From an uncultured virus (IMG/VR IMGVR_UViG_3300046836_000576) (taxonomy: Duplodnaviria; Heunggongvirae; Uroviricota; Caudoviricetes): DNA of 64,000 bases. Both the position numbers and the translations under genes were made by a program. Positions 47,422-57,012 of the stretch are shown in pieces (positions within the stretch are counted from its first letter, which is position 1; each line of letters starts with the position of its first letter). The notes under the pieces are model-generated. The model was not told where the DNA came from. It saw only the letters and a list, made by a program, of their open reading frames with translations, and did no database searches. The stretch is taken from the IMG/VR virus record IMGVR_UViG_3300046836_000576. One strand, 5' to 3'.

Positions 47422-47811
47422 ATGCACAGTGCAGTTCGGACGCGGATACAGCGCAATGCTGACTACCATGCTGCGGTAGCCGAGCATTACACTTCTCTTC
47501 AAAAGAAGGCGACTAATGGCAATGGTGAGGGTCACCCCAATCCTGATGCACCACCACCGCCACCTGTAGAGACTGGCAGTGGTCGTAGGCGGGGTTCGGC
47601 ACCTGTTGCTGTACCTGCAAATCACACCGGTCCTTCTTCTGAGGACTTGGCTAAACTGATCGAGACGCACACAGAAGCAGCCGCACAACTAAACGCTCTG
47701 CTTGTCAATGATAGGCAACAGTCAATAATCAAGGAGCGTGCCAAGCCTGCTGTTACTCGTCAGACTGGGACTATTAGGTCTGATCTCGCTAGGTCACTAC
47801 GGACCCACTAA
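47422..47811 (+). CDS. Hypothetical protein
   Basis: GGGAG RBS; TAATG coupling to next gene. Confidence 0.6.
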   Translation: MHSAVRTRIQRNADYHAAVAEHYTSLQKKATNGNGEGHPNPDAPPPPPVETGSGRRRGSAPVAVPANHTGPSSEDLAKLIETHTEAAAQLNALLVNDRQQSIIKERAKPAVTRQTGTIRSDLARSLRTH

Positions 47812-48509
47812 TGCCTTTTGTCCCTGACAGTAGGCAGGCAGGGTATCTTGGCCCGGAGCCGACGCCAAGACCACCGCACGATCAGTCATGGGAGAATTTC
47901 TTGCATGACATCATTGCAGGGGTCACTGGTCTGCCACCCGATCTGGTTAGGCCTCGCTGGCAACCTGAGCCACCGAATATGCCGGCTTTTGGCACAGATT
48001 GGGTGGCGTTCGGCATAATGTCAACTGAGGTTGACTTTGACCCTTGGCTGGGTAATGATCCTCACGGTAACAATGGTCTGGGTCAACTAAAACTACAGGA
48101 ACACCAAATTGACACAATAATGTGTTCCTTCTACGGTGACAATGCAGGTCAGTACGCCAGCTTCTTTAGAAGAGGTTTCTTTATCTGGCAGAATAGGGCT
48201 GTGCTGCGGGCTAATGCTTGTGGTCTTGTTGAGATTAAATCAATGAACCACGCACCAGAGTTGTATATGAACCAATGGGTTAATCGAATAGATGTTGATC
48301 TTGTACTTAGACGAGAAGTTAGGTACAACTATAACGTTGCAACTATTATTGGTGCACAGGTTGGTATTGAAGCAGAACCACCCTTTGAGAGCAGAAGGCA
48401 TTTCCATAGGGATGTTGAGGTTGGCTCCGAGACATTATGGGATCACTATGCTCGTGGTCACTTTACCTACTGGGATGATGGTAGAACAAAGTGGGATGTA
48501 ATAGAATGA
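47811..48509 (+). CDS. Tail terminator/neck protein
   Basis: GVTGLP..LVRPRWQ..PP, W.AFG, SFYG; precedes the sheath. Confidence 0.8.
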   Translation: MPFVPDSRQAGYLGPEPTPRPPHDQSWENFLHDIIAGVTGLPPDLVRPRWQPEPPNMPAFGTDWVAFGIMSTEVDFDPWLGNDPHGNNGLGQLKLQEHQIDTIMCSFYGDNAGQYASFFRRGFFIWQNRAVLRANACGLVEIKSMNHAPELYMNQWVNRIDVDLVLRREVRYNYNVATIIGAQVGIEAEPPFESRRHFHRDVEVGSETLWDHYARGHFTYWDDGRTKWDVIE

Positions 48510-48718
48510 CTTCACTAATAGATCCCACCGTACCAGAAGAAGGTAATGCCTTTACTAGGGATGTCCGCAACAACTTTGCTATTGCTCAGGAAGAGATTAC
48601 TGAATTGCAGACTCAGGTTAATCTACAGATTCAACAGATTGCTGATTTGCAGATGCGTGTGACTATACTTGAGACCCAGTTAACTGGGTTCATCACCAAA
48701 GATCCTCCAGAGGAGTAA
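48506..48718 (+). CDS. Small coiled-coil virion protein
   Basis: IDPT.P..GNA.T.DVR.NF..A..EI..LQ. Confidence 0.65.
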   Translation: MTSLIDPTVPEEGNAFTRDVRNNFAIAQEEITELQTQVNLQIQQIADLQMRVTILETQLTGFITKDPPEE

Positions 48719-48723
48719 CTATC

Positions 48724-50226
48724 ATGCAAGGCTTGAGCGTATCGCGCGTAGTCGACGTGGAGGTCAGCTTTGCGCCGATCGCCGCGCCTCTAGCCCGTTT
48801 CGATACTCTGTTGATTATGGGCGATAGTACCGTAGTCGACACGGGTGAAGCAATGCGGGAGTACAATACCATTGAAGAAGTCGCTGGTGACTTTGGTACT
48901 ACCGCACCGGAGTTCCTGGCAGCAGAACTGTTCTTTAGTCAAGTACCAAAGCCTACCACACTATTCATTGGTCGGTGGGCAAGGACACCGACTTCAGGGC
49001 GCCTGACAGGTGGGCCTATGCCTTCCGAGGATCAGGTGATCAGCAACTGGACCTCAATCATCAATGGTGGGTTCCAGATCTCTGTTGATGGTGGTCCTGT
49101 TGTATCAATTGTCAATATGGACTTTTCACTGCAGACCAACCTCAATGGTATTGCTACGATAATCAATGCCGCCTTTGCTGCACTTACACCAACACCTGTT
49201 CATGCACTCTGCACCTGGACTGGACATCAATTTATCATCCAGAGTACTACTACCGGTCCTACCTCATCGGTTAGCTTTCTGCTGCCACCGCCGGGGGCGC
49301 CTGCTACGGCTACAGACATCTCGGATAATATGCTGTGCACCGCTGCACTAGCCCAGCGTAGTTCGCCCGGTGTCGCACTAGAGACACCAGTAGACAGCGT
49401 GGTGCGGGTGGATGGTCGTGGGTGGTACTCGCTGATCTTTGCAGCTAGTGCACCATTGACTGATGCTCAGCACTTGGCGGTTTGTGGTTATATTGAAGCC
49501 GCATCCGATAAGCATCTGTACGGCATCACCACAGCAGAGGCGACCTGCATTGATCCGGTCAATACTACTGATATTGGCAGCCAGTGCTCCCTGGCGGATT
49601 ACATGCGGACTGCCGTTCAGTATTGCGCCACCAATAGTTATGCTATGGCCAGCTTCTTTGGTCGCGCGCTAACTGTTAACTTCGAAGGTAGCAACACTAC
49701 CATCACAATGAAGTTTAAGGTGCAGCCAGGAATCATCCCAGAGCTGCTATCAGCGACTTCAGCTAGTACTCTTGCCAGCAAGCGTATCAACGTCTATGCT
49801 CAATACAATAATGGCACAAGCATTATTGAAGAGGGCGTGATGAGTGGTCGCGCTTACTTTGATGAGATGCACGGTCTGGATTGGTTGGCAAACCGCATTC
49901 AGACTGACGTGTACAATGTCCTGTATCAGTCACCCAAGATCCCACAGACTGATCCAGGCATTCATGTGCTGGTTGCAACTACTGATGGTGCACTGTCACA
50001 GGGTGTCACCAATGGTCTTATCGCACCGGGTAGATGGAATGCACCTGGCTTTGGTCAGTTGGGGCAAGGTGACCTGCTTTCCAGTGGTTGGTATACCTTT
50101 GCCGCCTCAGTTGACACGCAAGACCAGGCACAGCGTGAAGCGCGCATTGCACCACTGATCCAGGTCGCGGTAAAGTTGGCTGGTGCTGTCCACTTCTCGA
50201 ACGTGCTCATAAATGTTAACCGTTAA
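48724..50226 (+). CDS. Tail sheath protein (DUF3383-like)
   Basis: L.VSRVV.V, FFSQ.P.P..L.IGRW, TIT.KFK, DE.HGLDW, K.AGAVH. Confidence 0.9.
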   Translation: MQGLSVSRVVDVEVSFAPIAAPLARFDTLLIMGDSTVVDTGEAMREYNTIEEVAGDFGTTAPEFLAAELFFSQVPKPTTLFIGRWARTPTSGRLTGGPMPSEDQVISNWTSIINGGFQISVDGGPVVSIVNMDFSLQTNLNGIATIINAAFAALTPTPVHALCTWTGHQFIIQSTTTGPTSSVSFLLPPPGAPATATDISDNMLCTAALAQRSSPGVALETPVDSVVRVDGRGWYSLIFAASAPLTDAQHLAVCGYIEAASDKHLYGITTAEATCIDPVNTTDIGSQCSLADYMRTAVQYCATNSYAMASFFGRALTVNFEGSNTTITMKFKVQPGIIPELLSATSASTLASKRINVYAQYNNGTSIIEEGVMSGRAYFDEMHGLDWLANRIQTDVYNVLYQSPKIPQTDPGIHVLVATTDGALSQGVTNGLIAPGRWNAPGFGQLGQGDLLSSGWYTFAASVDTQDQAQREARIAPLIQVAVKLAGAVHFSNVLINVNR

Positions 50227-50289
50227 GTAATTCTTGCTTTTAATTAGTACTCTGCTATCCTCTTGTGGGATACCGAGGAGTACTGAGCG

Positions 50290-50937
50290 ATGGATTACTA
50301 CGTCTATGTACTGATTCGATCTGACAATGGAAAGCCTTTCTACGTTGGATGTGCCATACAACTAGGTCGGATCAGTACACATCTTTCAGGTAGGGATACA
50401 GCAACAGGTACGATTGTTCGGTCTCTTCGTGATCTAGGATATGAAACCATTCCAATAATAGTGAGGGATGATATAGAATATAAAGAAGCTCGTTTGATTG
50501 AGACTTGTTTAATAGATGCGCTTAATGGGTTGATTGTAAACAAACGTAGATATGTTGGTGGGTTTTGTGAAGAAACTAGACGTCGAATGTCCCTTGCCAA
50601 ACTCGGGAAGCCTAGTGCAAGAAAAGGTAAAAGATATGGACCTACTGAGCGAGGTAAGATTGCTCAAGGACAATTAGGTTGGATAACAAATGGTGTTGAA
50701 GATAAAAGAGTCAATAAGAACAACCCTATTCCTGATGGTTGGTATCGAGGCCGAAGTTTAATAGTTACTCAACAAGAATTAGATAAACGAATTGAACAGA
50801 AACAAGAGAATCGAAAGATTTGGCTTTATCGAAATCGAAATCGATCTTGGATCACGAACGGTTTAAAGAGTAAAAGGCTTCTTGATACTGACCCTATTCC
50901 TGATGGTTGGTATCTTGGACGAAAAGTCAACCGGTAA
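50290..50937 (+). mobile_element. Free-standing GIY-YIG homing endonuclease
   Basis: YYVY...PFYVG...R...H, E..LI, ETRRRMS.AK (NUMOD3-like), WITNG...IPDGWY.GR twice; AT-rich. Confidence 0.82.
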
Positions 50938-51067
50938 GGTTAAGCCGCCAAGGCCAAGTCGGCCCGACATCACAGGGCTTTTGGTTCCTGTTGGGATCGG
51001 TACAGCGGTTTCTAATAATGGCGTGGTCGCCCCTCCTCTTTCGACCGCGAAATCCGGACTAACGATC

Positions 51068-51313
51068 ATGGTCATTACACAATACTGGATCGATGCCGTC
51101 CCCTTTGCCAGCGAGGAAGAAGCCCTCGCGGCAATAGCGGATTTCGATCTCTACCACCCACACGACCTCTGCATCATCCATCGTTTCTCTCGTGATGGTA
51201 TCTTTGTCCGCGCCTTCGATTATGATGCAGGCTCTAGTGGTTGGCTAACAACAGATGTGCGGGACGAGCAGACGATAACTAATTGGTACTTGGCTCGATT
51301 TCGCGCTCCCTAA
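51068..51313 (+). CDS. Hypothetical protein (start uncertain)
   Basis: 3' part of ORF 50882..51313. Confidence 0.4.
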   Translation: MVITQYWIDAVPFASEEEALAAIADFDLYHPHDLCIIHRFSRDGIFVRAFDYDAGSSGWLTTDVRDEQTITNWYLARFRAP

Positions 51314-51414
51314 GGGTGGCGGGGTCGTCCCTCCTTCCCGTTTACGACCCTGAAATGCAGACTGGCATACTCTGTCCACCACGTATGCTGTTTCCTGTTT
51401 CTTAGGAGAACCCA

Positions 51415-51882
51415 ATGGCAACCTACAGTTTCCAAGACAACATGTGCAGCATCTCTGGCCCCAATGGCAGTTTTAGTCTTGGGGCTGGTGCTGGCGACGC
51501 TGAAGGTGGTATCAGTGTCGTGATGACAGAAGACAAGTCCACGATGACTATTGGCGCCGACGGTTCTGTAATGCACTCGCTGCACGCGGGCAAGTCAGCA
51601 ACGGTCACGGTGCGCCTGCTCAAGACAAGCCCAACTAATGCTCAGTTGTCAGCAATGTATGCTGCGGATTGCGTCTTTAGTCAGTCGTTCGGCATCAATA
51701 CAATCTCGATAAGAGACATGGCGCGCAATGACGTTATTGTCTGCCAGATGTGCGCCTGGGCAAAGTTTGCTGACGTCACTTATGCCAAGGAAGGTGGCGA
51801 GATGACGTGGACTTTCCACGCCGGTATTGTCGACTTTGTCCTTGGTACAGGTCTGGCAAGCGCGACTGGTATAGCAGCGTAG
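51415..51882 (+). CDS. Tail tube protein (DUF3277-like)
   Basis: TYSF.D, EGGI, M.IGADG..MHSLHA, LLKTSPTN. Confidence 0.88.
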   Translation: MATYSFQDNMCSISGPNGSFSLGAGAGDAEGGISVVMTEDKSTMTIGADGSVMHSLHAGKSATVTVRLLKTSPTNAQLSAMYAADCVFSQSFGINTISIRDMARNDVIVCQMCAWAKFADVTYAKEGGEMTWTFHAGIVDFVLGTGLASATGIAA

Positions 51883-51892
51883 GAGTAGACTT

Positions 51893-52351
51893 ATGCAAGA
51901 ACTCGAGCTTGGTACTTCCCGGTATCGCACCGGTAGGCTTGACGCGTTTAAGCAGTTTCACTTGTTTCGGAAGCTTATGCCTGTGTTTTCCGGAATGGGT
52001 GAGACTTTTTCTGACATCGGACCAACCGATGGTACTAATGTCGCAATGGATGCCAACTTCTGGTCGGCATTGGGACCCGTTGCTACTGCGGTTGCTGAGA
52101 TGTCACAGCAGGATAGTGAGTTTATCCTGAAGACTTGTTTGCAGGTCGTGTCAAGATGGAACGGGCAAGCCTGGGTACGCATCACCATGCCATCCGGCGA
52201 ACTAATGTTCGAAGATATTGACATGATGGAGATGCTTCAACTAACCTTTGCTGTGTTGCAGGATAACCTCAGCGGTTTTTTCTCCGCACCCCTGCCCAAC
52301 ACTTCGGAGGAGGCAGGGGGTCAGGTTCTTCCGTATCCGTCGTCAGCATGA
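51893..52351 (+). CDS. Tail assembly chaperone (G)
   Basis: Y..G.LDA.KQFH..RKL.P, LMF.DI; GGTTTTTT slippery site. Confidence 0.82.
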   Translation: MQELELGTSRYRTGRLDAFKQFHLFRKLMPVFSGMGETFSDIGPTDGTNVAMDANFWSALGPVATAVAEMSQQDSEFILKTCLQVVSRWNGQAWVRITMPSGELMFEDIDMMEMLQLTFAVLQDNLSGFFSAPLPNTSEEAGGQVLPYPSSA

Positions 52352-52521
52352 ACGACGAAGAAGATTGGGTTATGCGCCCAGCCCTAGAGGGAATTTGTCT
52401 CTACGAGTCGCTAGTTGACGGTACTTTGGATCTAGCTGATGTAGCGAGGATGAATGAAGCACTAAATGTCAGGGATGAGAACCGAAGCAGGTATGAGGAA
52501 GCAGCAAGGAATAGTAACTAA
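52348..52521 (+). CDS. Tail assembly chaperone downstream part (T; probable -1 frameshift product)
   Basis: Read manually: DWVMRP..EG.C.YESL.DGTLDLADVA.MNEAL; -1 frame open from 52274. Confidence 0.8.
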   Translation: MNDEEDWVMRPALEGICLYESLVDGTLDLADVARMNEALNVRDENRSRYEEAARNSN

Positions 52522-55500
52522 TGGCAGGCATCACAATCCAAGAATTCTTTGTTAAACTAGGCTTCCAGACGGACCCCGCGAGTTCGAAGCGTTTCCATGA
52601 TACCATGCAGAATGGTATTCGTGGGGTCAAGGAGTTTAGGTTAGCACTGATTGGATTGGCTATTGGTGCTGAAGAAGCTATTCGTCGGACGATGAATAGC
52701 TTTAATAACATGTATCTCCTATCAAAATCAACAGGAGTACCAGTTGCTGCACTAAAGAGTTTCGAATTTGGTTTAAAGGCTGTCGGGATCCAATCTGAAC
52801 AGACAGCGCAAATTGTTAGTAAGTTAGCCGAAACCCTGCGTAAGCCAGGGAAAATGGAACAATGGCAGGGTTTGTTAAACACAGTTGGGGATACAAAACC
52901 AATCCTGAATGCTCAAGATGCCTATGTAAGACTGGCGACTGCCCTAGATAAAGCAAGAAGAAACGGTGGTGAAGCAACCATTCAGTATCAAATGCTCAAG
53001 AATACGATTGAGAAAGGTGATCTTGGTATTGATCTTGATCCTATTCGTAATCTTTCATTAAATCTAAAAGATTATAACGACCAAATAAAGTTTCACAATG
53101 ACCTAATGGTCAAGATGAAGCTTAATCAAGAGCAAGCTGCTGATGCTGGTCACAAGCTTTCTATGACGTGGGATCGAATAGTTGATATATTTAGTTCAGG
53201 TATTGATAAGATTGTTAGTGACAACTTTGAAAACATTAAAAAGATACTTGATGCAATAGGTGACTGGTTAACTGATCCCGAAGTTATTGACGGCTTTAAG
53301 CACATCTTTGATGAGATGCGGAAGTTCTTTGAGGATAAGGACAATCGGGCTAAGTTTATTGAAGATCTAAAGTTAGTAGGGGAGGCGATAAAGGGTATTG
53401 TTTGGGTTGTTGGTAAGTTAATTGAAGGGTTTAAGTGGCTAAAAGATATAGTCGGTCCTGAATGGGCGGTGGCTATTGCTGCAGTCTTATTTATGTTTGG
53501 TCCTGCTATTGCGGGAGCTTTGATAAGTGGATTGCTTGGTGCACTATCAGCCGCTGCACTAGCGCCGATAGGTTTGGCGGTGGCTGGGGCAATAGCATCG
53601 GCGGTTGGCGGTTATCTTATTGGTGATGCTCTGCGCAAGGCGATTGAGAGCACCGAAATCGGCAAGCTGATCATGGACATGATCGCTCGAGCCATAACTG
53701 CCCCATTCCTGCCTACTAAGACAGGTGTTCAAATTTCACCTGAAATGGCAAAGCGAATTGAAGATGCACGCAGGAAGGGCCTAATAAAAGATCGAGGACC
53801 GGGCACTGGTAATGTAGAGAATCCTTATAGTGATTACGATACACCACAATATCAGCATGGCGGGATCGTTAACGCTAACCTGCATGATGGTGAGATGGTA
53901 CTTCCTCGCAACATTAGCGAGGGACTACAACGAATGTTCGGTCCTCATCCAGATAATTTGCTTGAAAGTGGTGATCCCGGCCTTAGTTTTAAAGACTTCT
54001 TTGAAGAAGTTCAGCGTTGGTGGTCTGGTGATGCTTCTTTCCGTCCTATTGTCGATCTAGCTGACAGATTCTACGAAAGGATGTCCGAACTACTGATAAA
54101 TGTTCTAGATCAGACTTTAAAGGCAATGGGCTATAAAGACGGTATCTATGGAGCAGCAGGTACTACCGGTGCCTCACCTGGTGCTGCGCCCGCTCCTGGT
54201 GGTCCCACTCCTGGTACACCTGGAACTCCGGGTTCCCCAACTGGTACACCTGGTGGTGGAGTTGAGTTCCCACCCGACTGGAAGCCTCCTGAAGGTACGC
54301 AAACAACATCGTCTGGAATGGAAATATCACATCCAGAACGCAACAACCCAGGCAATCTGCGGGTTGGAGGTGGTGATTGGTTAGGTAAGAATACTAGACC
54401 TGGACAGGCTTTTGAGAGTTTTGACACAATGGCGCATGGTATCCGTGCGCGCATCATTACTTACAATAGTTACTTTAAGAGAGGCTTAGATACGATTGCA
54501 AAGATTGCTGAGGCTTCTGGGCCCGGATTTGAAAACAACATGAAGGCCCAACTTGAAGCTTACAAAACAGCAATGGGTGGTGATTATAACAAACCGGGTG
54601 GTGAAAACCTACCGATACAATTAACACCAGAAAACCTACGGAAATTAACTATAGCCGGTATCAGTTTCGAGCATGGTGGTAAAGGAGTAAAGCTTCCCAA
54701 GGGTGCTGGTGAAAAAGAAATAAACGAAGAGATGCTGAAGTTGATGGAGGAGCAAAAAGCGAGTGGTGGAACTGGTGTTCCAGGTGGTCCTGGGGATCCA
54801 AATGCTGTCTACGGAGAAAGGATTACTCCACAGTTGAAAGCTTTGTTGGCGAAGGTTGCTGCCGATCAGGGCGTCAAATTTGGTGTCCATTCAGGTATTC
54901 GTCAACCAGGTGGTTCGGGTCGACATGACCCACGAGGAGGGATGGGTGCCGCTGACACGTACATTTACGACCAGAAAACCGGTCGTATGTTGAATCCAAC
55001 AGATCCCAACGATTTTGCTCGGTTAGGTCAGATTGCGGAAGAAGCTTATCGACTTGGTGCGAAAGGTATTGGGGCTGGTGAAGGTTATATGGGTGGTAGA
55101 TCATTACACATCGGTGGTACTGGCTATTCACCTACTGGCACAGCGTATTGGGGTACTGGTGAACATGAAGCAGGTGCAATGCCTTGGCTTAAAGAAGCGT
55201 ATAGACGAAGCCAACAACGACAAGTGGCTGCCGCTACTAAAAAGGTAGCAGAAACTGCTAAAAAGGCAACGGACGCGGCTACTGGTAGGGACCGTACTGG
55301 ACCGCTGGTTGAGGGTGGCAAAACCTACCCCGAAGGTGTCATGTCTCCCAGTGAACTTGAACAATGGCACAACGCGCAGCAAAAGGTATCGGAAGTTACA
55401 GGTACTAAGTTAGGTGGTGGTGCTGGTGGTGGTACATCAGGAAACAGACAGGTGGCAATGAATACAACTAACAACTATTACATCAATGGAGCCGGTGATC

Positions 55501-55586
55501 CTCATCATACACAAAAGTTAATTGATGAGTCTCATAAGAGGCGTGGTCATGAAGAACAACGTAACTCAAGAGCATTTTTAGCGTAG
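52521..55586 (+). CDS. Tape measure protein with C-terminal peptidoglycan-hydrolase-like domains
   Basis: I.EFFVKLGF start, helical body; RNNPGNLR domain; SG.R...RH...AAD...LHIG domain. Confidence 0.85.
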   Translation: MAGITIQEFFVKLGFQTDPASSKRFHDTMQNGIRGVKEFRLALIGLAIGAEEAIRRTMNSFNNMYLLSKSTGVPVAALKSFEFGLKAVGIQSEQTAQIVSKLAETLRKPGKMEQWQGLLNTVGDTKPILNAQDAYVRLATALDKARRNGGEATIQYQMLKNTIEKGDLGIDLDPIRNLSLNLKDYNDQIKFHNDLMVKMKLNQEQAADAGHKLSMTWDRIVDIFSSGIDKIVSDNFENIKKILDAIGDWLTDPEVIDGFKHIFDEMRKFFEDKDNRAKFIEDLKLVGEAIKGIVWVVGKLIEGFKWLKDIVGPEWAVAIAAVLFMFGPAIAGALISGLLGALSAAALAPIGLAVAGAIASAVGGYLIGDALRKAIESTEIGKLIMDMIARAITAPFLPTKTGVQISPEMAKRIEDARRKGLIKDRGPGTGNVENPYSDYDTPQYQHGGIVNANLHDGEMVLPRNISEGLQRMFGPHPDNLLESGDPGLSFKDFFEEVQRWWSGDASFRPIVDLADRFYERMSELLINVLDQTLKAMGYKDGIYGAAGTTGASPGAAPAPGGPTPGTPGTPGSPTGTPGGGVEFPPDWKPPEGTQTTSSGMEISHPERNNPGNLRVGGGDWLGKNTRPGQAFESFDTMAHGIRARIITYNSYFKRGLDTIAKIAEASGPGFENNMKAQLEAYKTAMGGDYNKPGGENLPIQLTPENLRKLTIAGISFEHGGKGVKLPKGAGEKEINEEMLKLMEEQKASGGTGVPGGPGDPNAVYGERITPQLKALLAKVAADQGVKFGVHSGIRQPGGSGRHDPRGGMGAADTYIYDQKTGRMLNPTDPNDFARLGQIAEEAYRLGAKGIGAGEGYMGGRSLHIGGTGYSPTGTAYWGTGEHEAGAMPWLKEAYRRSQQRQVAAATKKVAETAKKATDAATGRDRTGPLVEGGKTYPEGVMSPSELEQWHNAQQKVSEVTGTKLGGGAGGGTSGNRQVAMNTTNNYYINGAGDPHHTQKLIDESHKRRGHEEQRNSRAFLA

Positions 55587-55592
55587 GTGAAC

Positions 55593-57008
55593 ATGGCTGA
55601 CGATTCAAGTCAAGTAGCAAAGTTTCAAACTTCTAAACTAACTGCTCAAGCGGATAGTTGGACATCCCTGGCTGACCAAATGCAGCCGAGTAACGCACCT
55701 GGCTCGGCGCCTATATCTAAAGATGATAAGAATCATGATGCGCAATGGATGCGTAAACTGAGTTTTGTTTTGTATAGTCAGGGTTCGGGGGATGCGGCTA
55801 GTAATACTACTCGTCTGACAACCCCTACCGCAACACCTGCCACCGCCACTACAAGAACACCAACTACTCGCACTGATAGTACTACTCTTCCTGAGGTTAG
55901 TGTTAATGCTAAAGCAGATAGTGCTCAATCTAGTGATGATAAGAGTAAGACTTCAGGTGGGATTGATCTCTCAGCTCTGAGGGTCTTCTTTAACATTAAA
56001 CAAGCGGACGCCAATACACCCGCGACACTTTGGGCGCGCGTGTATAACATGGCTCCCACAACAATGGCAAAGGTTATTCAGTTTACCAGGATACAAGTAC
56101 AGGCTGGATACAAGTATGCAAACTTTGGTTTGATCTTTGATGGTACGGTGGTTCAATACAAGAAGGGTAAAGAAAATCCAACTGACACTTATTTTGAGAT
56201 ACATGCGGGTGATGGTGATCTAAGATACAACCGGGAAATAGTCACCACTCAGTACCCTGCAGGTACACAAGACTTAGTTCCCCTTAAGAATGCTGCCACG
56301 AAATTGGGTATCAGCATAAGTTATATTGATCCAGAGGTTGGTTTGGATAAATCCCAACGAGATACAACTGAAATTGCGGCTGCTAGAGACGTAATTCGAC
56401 AATACATGGAAAAGAATGATGCTAAGTTCTTTATTGAGCATGGTAAGATTGTCATCCTTAAGAATAAGAATACCAGACCTGGTGCTCCTGTCATACTAAC
56501 AACAAAGACTGGTCTTGTTAGTCTACCTGAGGTAACTCCTCAAGGTATTGAATGTAAGTGTCTGCTTAACCCGAATATTAAACTTGGTGGTACTATCAAG
56601 CTGGATACAAGTGTCCTCTCCGGTGTACCATTTACCCCAGGTTCTTCTGTTAAGGTTGATAAAAATGGTAATATTCAAGGTGATTCTACAGGTGGTATAA
56701 TAAATCCTGTTGCGACTTTTGGTAAGCAAATGGAGTCAGCTTATTCCTCTCCAATTGGTTCTTATAAAGTTGTCTTGTTGGAGCATCAAGGAGACACTCG
56801 TGGTCTTCCTTGGTATTCCAATATAGTTGGTGTTGCACTTAATGATAAAGGAGAGACTATTCAAAATCCAGCTTCCGCAGCCAGTCGTGGTGCCCCAGAA
56901 ACCTATGGTCCGAAACAACCCACGCCTACCCCTACGCCTACCCCTACCCCTACTAGAACACCAACACCGGGATGGTCACCAACATTAGTTGCATCAAACC
57001 GGAGGTGA
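55593..57008 (+). CDS. Baseplate hub-like protein
   Basis: L.V.FNI, RVYN, QAGY....GLIF.G, CLLNP.I, GDTRG..WY. Confidence 0.8.
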   Translation: MADDSSQVAKFQTSKLTAQADSWTSLADQMQPSNAPGSAPISKDDKNHDAQWMRKLSFVLYSQGSGDAASNTTRLTTPTATPATATTRTPTTRTDSTTLPEVSVNAKADSAQSSDDKSKTSGGIDLSALRVFFNIKQADANTPATLWARVYNMAPTTMAKVIQFTRIQVQAGYKYANFGLIFDGTVVQYKKGKENPTDTYFEIHAGDGDLRYNREIVTTQYPAGTQDLVPLKNAATKLGISISYIDPEVGLDKSQRDTTEIAAARDVIRQYMEKNDAKFFIEHGKIVILKNKNTRPGAPVILTTKTGLVSLPEVTPQGIECKCLLNPNIKLGGTIKLDTSVLSGVPFTPGSSVKVDKNGNIQGDSTGGIINPVATFGKQMESAYSSPIGSYKVVLLEHQGDTRGLPWYSNIVGVALNDKGETIQNPASAASRGAPETYGPKQPTPTPTPTPTPTRTPTPGWSPTLVASNRR

Positions 57009-57012
57009 AAGA

